Assembly: GCA_025558095.1 (NCBI GenBank)
Contig: JAIVFI010000008.1
Span: 248,001 to 312,000 of the forward strand
Source: Hyaloraphidium curvatum SAG 235-1
Lineage: Eukaryota; Fungi; Monoblepharomycota
Length of the DNA: 64,000 nucleotides
Direction: 5' to 3'
A program made the translations under genes and the position numbers. Positions 48,081 through 57,318 of the stretch are shown one piece after another; position 1 is the first letter of the stretch; each line of letters starts with the position of its first letter. The notes beneath the pieces were generated by a model, which was not told the origin of the DNA, ran no database searches, and saw only the letters and a program-made list of their open reading frames with translations.

Positions 48081-48955
48081 CTTAGGCGGCGGAGGCGGAG
48101 GTACCGCGGCGCGCCCCGACCGGTCCCATCGGCCGGGGTTGGCCTCGGCGGTTGTTCGTCGACCCCGCGGCCCAAGGGGACGGCCTGCGGAGGTCTGCCT
48201 GCGTCGCCCGATCCCATGGAAGCCGAAAAGGAAGCCGTGTGTTGGTATTCGGACTCCGTGATGTCCTCGAGGATGGTCCGGTCGCTGGCCTGGCTGGAGG
48301 CGGGGTCAGCAGCTGGGAGACATCCACCGGCAGAGACGGATACGTCCACCGGGGCCGCCCGGCTGGCGCCTTCAGCCGGGCTTGTCTTTGGCGGTTCCTG
48401 ATCCGCCGCCGGAGCCTTAGGCGCGCTCAACGGCGGGGAAACTCCCGGTGCGAACGGGCGAGGGATCCGCAGGGATCGACGGGACCAATCGAGCGCCGCG
48501 TTCACGAACTCGAGGTACGAGAGTCCGAGAACGACCGGAATCGACGCGCTGATGATGTTGAAGCTGACTCCGACGGTAATGCCATCGGCTGTCAGTGCGA
48601 CGGGCTCCGTCTCCTGGGTGACGTCGCCCGACGAAATAGGCCGCCCGTCCACCACGTCGAGCCCGAAAGGCGTGGAGCGCTGCAAGCACGAGTATCCAAC
48701 GCAGCGCGCGAAAGCCTCGTCCATGAAGCAGGCGTCGGCGCCGGAGTCCACGAGTGCGTCCACGATCCGAAGCCGGCCGTCCGGAAGCACGATGCGCACG
48801 GGAATGACGAAGGAAGGAACCGGGTCGGACCGGAGCAGAGGAAATGGCGGCCGCCCGGAAGACGCCGCCAAGCAAGGGGCACGGGAAAACTGAAGACTTG
48901 TATTGGCATCGCCAGCGTCGGAGGTGCCCCGGAATCCGAGCTGGCGTTTCAAAAA
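48077..48955 (-). CDS. Retroviral-type aspartic protease ORF, in the -1 frame relative to gag
   Basis: ALVDSGAD catalytic motif and VVLGLSYL. Confidence 0.9.
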   Translation of the reverse strand, partial: FLKRQLGFRGTSDAGDANTSLQFSRAPCLAASSGRPPFPLLRSDPVPSFVIPVRIVLPDGRLRIVDALVDSGADACFMDEAFARCVGYSCLQRSTPFGLDVVDGRPISSGDVTQETEPVALTADGITVGVSFNIISASIPVVLGLSYLEFVNAALDWSRRSLRIPRPFAPGVSPPLSAPKAPAADQEPPKTSPAEGASRAAPVDVSVSAGGCLPAADPASSQASDRTILEDITESEYQHTASFSASMGSGDAGRPPQAVPLGRGVDEQPPRPTPADGTGRGAPRYLRLRRLR

Positions 48956-50142
48956 GACGACGATGCAGACTTGGCGGGGCAAAAGGCCTTGACGTGACCG
49001 GGCTGACCACAGTAAATGCAGAGCCCCTCGCGAAGGCGGCGCTGGCGCTCCTCCGGCGTCAGCTTGGCGCGCGACCCTGAGGACGCCGAGCCTGAAGCCC
49101 CGCCCGGCTGGCCAGATGCAGACGCGGAGCCCAGCACCATCGGCACGGGGCCGGAAGCACTTGCGGAAGGAGCTGCCGGAGAGACATGCGATCCGATGGG
49201 CACCGACTGCATCGCTCCGGGGTAGGGATACCCAGAGGTGGGCCGGTCGCGGCTCCGAGCTTTGCGCAGCGCAGCTTGCTGCTCGGAGAGGCGAACTTGA
49301 GCAGCAAATGCGATCTTCTTCGCTTCCTGGTACGTGCTGGGCTTCGAATGCTGGCCCATCTGGTTCACGATCTCCGCGGAGAGGCCAGCCAGGAACATAT
49401 CCATGAACGTGGCATCACTGTAGCCCTCGACATCCGGCTTCAGGCTTTCAAATTCGACTGCGTATTCGGCCAGATGCCCGGGCTTCTGGACGAGTGCATG
49501 GAGCGCATTGACGGCGGAAGTGTGTCGAAGTGGCATCTGAAAGGTAGAGAGAAACTCCTCGCGAAGCGAGATCCACGAGGGCGCAATCGTCCCGGAGCTG
49601 CTCTGCTGGGCAGCAAACCAGCGGAGCGCATCGCCCTTGAGAAGCAGACTGAAGAACGCGATCTTTTGGGCGTCCGAGGCAAGCTCCGGCTTGAGCTCGA
49701 GCGCGTTGTCGACCTGCATCATGAAGTAACGGGTGCGTGCGTGATCGGTCCCGTCGAACTTGTCCGGGGTAGGCACGTTGATCGGTTTCGCGGTTGGGGC
49801 AGCAGCGGCGTGCTGGGGCAGGAACCCCATGCGCGCGACAGAGCCGACAAACGCGTCCGTGAGCGCAGCGGCGGACACCGAAATCGGAGCAGACAGAGGA
49901 GCGTGCTGCGCGACGTGGGTTGCTTGGGAAGCGCGGTAGGTGGCGACTTGGGCACGGATCGGGAGCGCGATGAACTCGGGCTGAGCGTCGCCGAGGGCGT
50001 CCAAGAAGCTGACGAAAGCAGCACGCTCCTGCGGCTCGAGGGTATCAAGGAAAACCCTTTCGCGCTCGATAAGGACTTCGACGGGAGTCTGGGGGTCCGG
50101 GGTCGCGGAGAGGAGATCGCGGAGAGCGTCGGCGCCAGCCAT
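48949..50142 (-). CDS. gag: Gag with CCHC zinc knuckle
   Basis: PDKFDG, LLKGDALRWF and CIYCGQPGHVKAFC. Confidence 0.95.
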   Translation of the reverse strand: MAGADALRDLLSATPDPQTPVEVLIERERVFLDTLEPQERAAFVSFLDALGDAQPEFIALPIRAQVATYRASQATHVAQHAPLSAPISVSAAALTDAFVGSVARMGFLPQHAAAAPTAKPINVPTPDKFDGTDHARTRYFMMQVDNALELKPELASDAQKIAFFSLLLKGDALRWFAAQQSSSGTIAPSWISLREEFLSTFQMPLRHTSAVNALHALVQKPGHLAEYAVEFESLKPDVEGYSDATFMDMFLAGLSAEIVNQMGQHSKPSTYQEAKKIAFAAQVRLSEQQAALRKARSRDRPTSGYPYPGAMQSVPIGSHVSPAAPSASASGPVPMVLGSASASGQPGGASGSASSGSRAKLTPEERQRRLREGLCIYCGQPGHVKAFCPAKSASSSF

Positions 50143-50194
50143 GCTGCACCGAGGGCGAGGTCACGGGGAACGGGAAACGTGGATTCAGGGTTGG

Positions 50195-50205
50195 AACGTC
50201 GTCAA
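50195..50205 (-). promoter_or_regulatory. Self-priming primer-binding site
   Basis: Minus-strand TTGACGACGTT lies 2 nt inside the 5' LTR boundary and is exactly complementary to AACGTCGTCAA within the LTR (50256-50246). Confidence 0.85.
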
Positions 50206-50207
50206 AC

Positions 50208-50338
50208 TGTCAGGACGGGGCGCGGGGGACCCGTAAAGACCTGTGTTGACGACGTTGAGGAGTCACTACACAGCACTGCGCCTAGTCTTCCCTCGCCGGG
50301 GACCACCGTCCCCCTTGCCCCGACGCCGGCGCGTTACA
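50208..50338 (-). repeat. 5' LTR (131 bp)
   Basis: Exact direct repeat of 44864-44994. Confidence 0.97.
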
Positions 50339-50490
50339 TCCCGCTCTCTGCCCTGGATCCTCGTCCCGCCTTGAAACAAGAACGAAGATGTGTTTACATC
50401 TCGATCTCCCGAATGTATGCCCTCTCTTCACTAAGTTCTCCTACAGACCACCTTTCTCTTCTTTCCTTTCCCACTGGATCCAGCCCGTCC

Positions 50491-51749
50491 TCAGTGGTGC
50501 TTCGCATGCTTCCCGATGAGCCCGATGGGCAGCACCAGCCTTCCCCACGTCTCGTTGATGAGCACCGCCGTCCCTGTGTAGATGCCCACGACCCCGAGCG
50601 CCTGAACGGCAAGCGATCAGCGAAGGGCAAGTCCGCCGCCGCCGCGGGACCCACGATGGAAAACACGCCCGAGAGGATGGTGCACACGTTGCTCCAGTGC
50701 CCGACGGCGGTGAAGATGAAGCTCAGCGCCGCGAAGCCTGCCGGGAACAACCTCCGGTCAGGCGCGATCGGCCGCGGGCGGGGCACCTCGCAGGACCCAC
50801 CAAAGATGCCCATGAGCGCCAGCGAGTGCTTCGTGGTGACGACGAAGATGCCCGCGGCGATGGAGCCCCAGGTGAGGAAGCTGATGAAGAAGACCCACTT
50901 GGACTCGGCGACGAGGGCGGCGGGGACGATGCCGACGATGATCTCGATGTAGAAGAGGCCCAGTCCGATCCAGAAGAATCCGAAGGTGGTGAACGCTGTA
51001 AGGAGATCCCGGGGTCAGATGGCGCCAGGCTTGACCGCAATTACAACCACTTGTCCCCGCAAACGTCTGACCGCGCCAGAGCTCGAAAGCACCGGCAACG
51101 ACCTGCGCGATTCCGCCGTGCACCAGGGCCCCTGGCGACACGTCAGTCGGCCCGGCCCGTGGGCCCGAAGACAGATCACGGCGATCGACGCCTACAGTTC
51201 ATCGCAAGCATGATGAAGCCAGCGTTGGGCTGGATCCCGATGTTCTGTGAGGAGGTAACGTCGATCGATGCCCGACCCGGATGGAGTGCTCCGCTAACGA
51301 TGAACCCGAACAGGATCGCCGTCACCGAGAATGCGTACAGCCCGAACGGGCTCGGATTCCCGATCGCCGGGCTCCAATCCGTCACGGCGACCTTGCGCAG
51401 CGCCTCGGGGTCGTACCCGAACGCCTCGGGCCCGCGCTCGACGAACGGGAACTTGGACGCGCGGCGGGCGAACGAGGCCTGCGGGGTCAGCGCAGAGGGG
51501 GAGGGGAGGTTCTCGTTGGCGCGGTGGAAGGGGGCGGCGTCGATGGTGACAGCCGAGCCGCCTCGGGGGCGGCCGTCGGCGGGGGCGTGGCTCTCCGGGT
51601 TGAAGACCTGGAGATGGAGGCCCGCAGATCAGACGCCGCGTCCGCGGCGCGCGAAGCCGGCAACCCACGTCCGCCTGTCCGTGGAGCATCGCTTGGTCCG
51701 TGACTATCGGCTTCACCCCGCCGTCCTCCATCTCGCGCGGTCCGTCCAT
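50491..51749 (-). CDS. GPR1/FUN34/YaaH (Ady2/ATO-type) acetate or ammonia transporter, multi-exon
   Basis: IGNPSPFGLYAF (NPAPLGL-type motif), GIAQVVAGAFELWRGQTF, FTTFGFFW and GIYTGTAVLINETWGR. Confidence 0.85.
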
Positions 51750-52232
51750 CACGGTGTCTGCCGAGGTCGTCCTGTCGCGGGGGTCTCGGGGGACGCTGGA
51801 GGGCCTCGTGAGCGCCACGGAACGGCGTGCGCATCGCAGCGAAAGTACTTCAAGTTCGACATGCTTAGCAGGGCGGAAATGAACAAGGTGGGAGAAAGGT
51901 GATGAGGTGGAGCGTGACGTGGCCCGCCGCGCCACACGCTCGCTCGGCAACGACGAATTTCGAGCCGAAGGACCAACAAATAGCCAACAGCGAAAACAGA
52001 AGGGACAATGTAGTCTTCCAGTGCGTGAAATCAAAACGTCATCGTTGATTCTGGCAATTCAACGACCTCTCGATCTGTCGTCCTCTTGTACTGTACACGT
52101 CCATGCCCCATGACACTAATTCGTCGCATCCAATAGCAGCAACACCCTGTGCAAACCCAATTTCTGACGCATGTTGCTCGCAAAGCACCCTGCGGCTGCA
52201 CGCCGGCAGGCGGAGCGCGGCCGTCTGGCCGC

Positions 52233-54013
52233 CTAGAAGCACTTTCTGTGAACGATCGATGGCCCGGCGTCGTCGTACTCCTCTTTCGTGATCCACATCT
52301 GCTGGAACGTCGACAGCGATGCCAGGATGGAGCCACCTGCAGGATCCGGAATCTGAGAAGGCGCTCTCCTCTGCAGTGAGCCCGACGCACCAATCCAAAC
52401 GGAGTACTTGCGCTCCGGCGGGGCGACGATCTTGACCATCATGGTCTGCGGCGCCAGCTGCGAGACCTCATAATGCAGGCGCTCTGCGATACCCTCAAAC
52501 ACTGCGTGGGAGAAGAGTTCAGCATCGGGGGGTAACAGCGGCAGAGACCGACCCACTTGTGGTGCCACCCGCCAGGACAATGTTGCCCCAGAGCTCCTTC
52601 CTGATGTCCACGTCGCACTTCACGATGCTGTCGTGGATCATCTGGTGAATGCCAGGTTGTTCCGTTCCGATCAAACTGGGCTGGAAGAGGGCCTGGAGCG
52701 ATCACGACGGGCAGAATGCTAGGACAGAATCGCAGCTCCGATCGACGGCTGGAACACACCTCCGGCGCGCGGAAGCGCTCGTTGCCGACCGTTATCATCT
52801 GGCCGTCGGGAAGCTCGTATTGTTTCTCTACCGCGCTGGAGTCTTGGGTATCCAACAGTTCTTTGGCGAAGTCTGCGCGCGGGTTTCCAATCAGCCCGAT
52901 TCAGGGAGCTCCAAAGGGCACGATTTGCTCACCGAATGCCACGTAGCCAAGCTTCTCCTTTATGTCCCTCACGATCTCGCGCTCGGCGGTGGTCGTGAAG
53001 GAATACCCGCGTTCAACGAGCAGCTTCATCATGTAGTCCGTAAGGTCCCTTCCGGCCAAATCCAGTCTCGTTATAGCGTGGGGCACCGCGTAGCCTTCGT
53101 AGACGGGTATGACGTGCGTCACGCCTTCGCCGGAATCGAGGACGACGCCTTGGAAGGAGGTCGGTGTCGCTCATGGGCAACACATCACGGAGAGGGGAAC
53201 CTACCGGTGTTTCGACCCGAAGCGTACAGGGCCAGCACCCCTTGAATTGCGACGTACATCTCTGCCGGAGAAGGAACGTGAGTCAGGATCTGCGGACGTG
53301 CAGTGCGGTTGGTGCCCTTACGGGGATGGTTGAATGTCTCGAAGGATATTTGGGTGAGCCTTTCCCGGTTCGCCTTTGGGTTCAACGGAGCTTCCGCTGC
53401 CCGGAAGCGGAATGTTAGCGACTCCGGATTATGGGATAGGGGCCGGACCAACTCAAAAGGATCGGATGCTCCTCAGGAGCGATACGGAGCTCGTTGTAGA
53501 ATGTGTGATGCTACCGCAAGGCAATCAGCATGTCGTGGGAGTGCGGACGGCGCAGATACGTGCCAGGATCTTGTCCATGTCGTCCCAATTGGTGACAATG
53601 CCGTGTTCAATCGGGTATTTGAGAACCAGGAGGCCTCTCTTGGCAACAGCTTCGTCCCCGACGTAGGCATCTTTGGTTCCCATGCCGACCATGACGCCCT
53701 GGCGTGCGGAAACCGCGCGATTGTCCGGTTGTTCGTCAGAAGCAAGCGATGGCCCCCTGCGTCGCCGGGGCACGCAGGGTCCACGCACCTGATTCCTCGG
53801 GCGTCCGACGATGCTCGGGAACACGGCGCGCGGGGCATCCTCGCCGGCGAAGCCCGCCTTGATCATGCCGCTGCCAATGTCGATGACGATGGGCTGGATT
53901 CCTTCCCCCTCCTGGCCGCGCGCGCCGGAGATGGCGGCCAGCGCTCCGGCGGCGAGCGCGGCGGCGCGGGCGATGCGGGCGACGCGGGAGTGGCGCTGGT
54001 GACGGCGTGCCAT
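52233..54013 (-). CDS. Divergent conventional-type actin with an N-terminal signal-peptide-like extension, multi-exon
   Basis: [95 protein letters not shown] and IVHRKCF. Confidence 0.95.
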
Positions 54014-54156
54014 CGCGAATGCAGGAGTCGGGGCCGGTATGGGACACGCCTGACGCAGTGGGCCCTGAGCCCGCCAGCCATGCAGGGAGACCTGTCCCCA
54101 GTCCACAGGTTAATCGCACCCCCGCGAACTGCCGTAATCGGCCTTCGGGCAGCGCG

Positions 54157-57057
54157 ATGGCTGGCCGCTACGCCGCGCTGGCCTGCGCGGTGCTCGCCGG
54201 TCTCGCCGCCGCCGCGGAAGCCGCGCGGTGGACGAACATCGCCGTCGCGGGCGTGCCCCCTTCCGACAATCTGGTGGGCCCCTCCCCTGCCCTGTGCCGG
54301 CCCGGATCTGACGTGCGCTCAGGTGGATATTGCATTCAACCCGGCAAACAAGTTATTCCTCGCCGCCGGCCTCCTCGGCAACATCTACGGTTTCTCAGGC
54401 GCTTCCAGGGCCGCGGCAGGGACGCGCAATGGCACCTTTTCCCTGCAGCTGGACACGGACTACAATATCTCGAGCATCGTGAGAATCACGCGTCGTTACG
54501 GCTGCGGAGCAAAGTGGGCTCATTCCCGATCCCAGAGCTGCCCGGTCGCGGGGCAGTGCATCGCCGCCGGAGCAGGCCGGCCCATCTCAACGTGGCAAGC
54601 CGCGGGATGGTCGATCAGGCAGGCGCTTGCGGTGCCAAGGACGTTTACGTTTTCGTACATTGATTGTGTGGACGCCACCTTCTGCGTGGCGGTCGGCGCC
54701 GACGCCGCGCTGGCCGATGAGACCGGCAAAACCGGAGGTGCGTTGTGGTCACGGGCGCGCCGTAGCTCCACTGATCGTTACCGTGCTATGCAGGCCTGAT
54801 CTTCGTGAGAAGGAACGGAACATGGATTCTCTCTCAAGCTTCGATCCCCGCCATGATCGACGTCACTTGCTCCTCCCGCACCGACTGCACGGCCGTCGGC
54901 GACCTGTCCACCGTTTTGGCATTCAACGGCACCAAGTGGAACCGCATCGTTTTCCCGAATGCCACCTCGGATCCTTTCAAGGTCGTGCAGGTCGTTGGAG
55001 ACACCACGTTCATTTTCCGGACCGAGAGCGCCGCAGACGGCGGCACCGTCGCTCGCATTTACTACTACAGCAAGTCTCGCGGGACCTTCGACATGGTGCC
55101 GCCGTCCGTCCTTTCGGGGGTTTCGGATCTCATCAACATCAACTGCCCGACGAAAACCGACTGCATTGCTCTCGGCCTCGACAGTGACGCTTACGGCAAC
55201 GTCATCTGCCGCTGGAAGGGGCCCTCACCTACGGGCTGGACCAGAGGTGGATCGTGAGGCAGTCTGGCGCATCCAGCAACTGACCCACATCGCCCCGTGC
55301 AGATTCGGTGAATGCGACCATCATCAAGGGCATCTTCAACGCCGTGGAGTGCTCGACGCCGTGCGAGAGGAGCATTTCGGACAGATGCTGCCAGTGCGTC
55401 GCCGTTGGCGAACACGGCGTCGCTGCTGTGACCAGACCTACGCTGGTGAGCGGAACCGTTCCACGTTCGTCCTTCCATGCATCAACCCTGCCCTCCCAGG
55501 CCAGGACCTGCCTTTCGAGCAAACCGGACCCCAAGGCGCAGAGGATCCGCAGCGGTCAGCCGTCCGTCACGACCCCGTTCAAGCCCGAGGTTTTCCTCGC
55601 CAAGCAGGCCCTCGACGCGTCCAAGGTACTTGTGCTGGACCTCGGATCGACCACCGTGCGCGCCGGTTACGCCGGAGACGGCACGCCGCAGTTCAGCTTC
55701 CCGAACGTCTACGTGACGCTAGCCAACGGGACGACCCTGGTGGGCCAGCCGGCGGTCGACTTCCGCAGGCCTACCAAAGCCCCGATCGTCAACGGCATTC
55801 TTTCGGACACGTGAGTCGAGAACGGATGCGCGATCTTGCCGCACCGCTGATCCGCGCATCCCAGGCCCGGCCTCGTCCTCGTGATAAAGTACGCGCTCGG
55901 CCTCCTCGGCGTCCGCAACACGGCCCAGGTCGCCAACAAGCTCATCCTTCTGGTCTCGCCACTCAATACCATGGCGGTGCGCACGGCCTTTTCTGCCAGG
56001 ATCATGACCGAGTTCTCCCCCGCGGCGCTCTGGGTGGGCCAGCCCGCGCTCGTGGAGCCGTTCATCACGGGATCGGGTGCGTCTTTGCTCGTCTTCCGTG
56101 ATCGGCTATTGGCTCATCATCGGCTCGGATGTGCAGTCTCGGACGGGACCCAGGCCCTCTCATTGGATTTCGGACAGACCGCGACCGCCGTTCCTGTCTT
56201 CAAGGACAACGGCAACATCTTCACCTACCTGTCCGCGATCAGGACCACTACGCTCGTCGCCACGAACCTGGACGCCTACATCGCCCGCCAGCTCCGCATC
56301 ACCACCACTCAGGCTGCCGAGCTCAAGCAGGCCCGCAACGTGTTCTTTGCTTCCGTCCCCGACGCCGGCGCATCCAGGGGCAGAACGCCGCCCATCGGCT
56401 TCAGGCTCGCCAACGGCACCAACGTCACCGTCCCCGGCGACCTGAGGTGGACGATCCCGGAGGCGATCTTCAGGCCCGGCATCATCGGCGTCAGGGGACC
56501 CGGGTTCGCCGCCATCGCAGCCGCGGCCGTGGCTGCCTCCCCCCAGTCCTACAGGGCCGGGGCCGTGTCCATGAAAATCGTCGTCGCGGGCGGATCCACC
56601 CTGTTCAGGTCGTTCGGCGACCGGCTGCGCATCGAGATCGGCAAGCTGTCGCCTTGGAACATGGTCAGGGGGAACATCGACAACACCCAGGCGCTCCACA
56701 ACTTCACCAACATCTTGATGGCCCCCGGCAGGATCGGTGCCGCGTTCAGGGGCGCCAGCGGGCTAGGCGGTGGGTTGCCGGTTGCCCACCACCGATCGTT
56801 TCCGGCACCCTCGATCTCATCCCTGCCGGCAGCTGCCCCTGCTGCCGACGGACCCGACTACGTGTTCCCGGCAAACTTCAGCGCATCCGGCGCGGCGGCC
56901 TTTGGGAGTGGGTGCCTGCCGCCCGCGGTGTCGCGCTGTCTGATCTCACACCGACTTGCCAGCCGTGTGCCTGCCGCCCAACTCGGCGATCTGCGCGTGC
57001 GACAATGCGCAGGCCTCGCCATGCAGCGTTTCCGGGAGTGCGTGCGTGTGCACCTGA
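54157..57057 (+). CDS. Secreted multidomain protein: signal peptide, Cys-repeat beta-propeller-like region, divergent actin-fold domain and Cys-rich tail; multi-exon
   Basis: Leader MAGRYAALACAVLAGLAAAAEA; five C..CxAxG repeats; actin motifs VLDLGSTTVRAGYAGD, PIVNGI, LDFGQTATAVPV, IPEAIFRP, IVVAGGSTLFRSFGDRL and AFRGAS; last exon TVCLPPNSAICACDNAQASPCSVSGSACVCT*. Confidence 0.85.
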
Positions 57058-57318
57058 TTGGACCGGCGGCGGTCGCCGGGAAGTATGCTTATTGTGGACT
57101 TTGGGCGAAAGTACGTTTGTGTACAACACAGTCACAGAAAGGAACTGTAGGGGCGCTTGTTGGTTGTCGACATGATCGATAAAGAGAATGCATCTGTACA
57201 CGAGTGACGATGGCGGTATCTTGTTACAGGCGGCAGCACCGGCGCGGCTCCTCCCATGCCCCAGACCCTCCTGCTCCCCGCACCCACGCTCCCGCTCTCC
57301 CTCGGGCCCAGCTCGGAA

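Larger units (their letters stand above)
44864..50338 (-). mobile_element. Full-length Ty3/Gypsy chromovirus LTR retrotransposon (Tf1/sushi/Tcn1-like)
   Basis: Identical 131 bp TG..CA LTRs; 5 bp TSD TCCCG (44859-44863 and 50339-50343); domain order gag-PR-RT-RNaseH-IN-chromodomain. Confidence 0.98.

Noticed and set aside
52233-54013. Calling this gene Arp1/centractin or the main ACT1
   Set aside because: [16 protein letters not shown] and GVMVGMG are conventional-actin motifs rather than Arp1 motifs, but the many substitutions and the leader argue against the housekeeping copy. No symbol was assigned.
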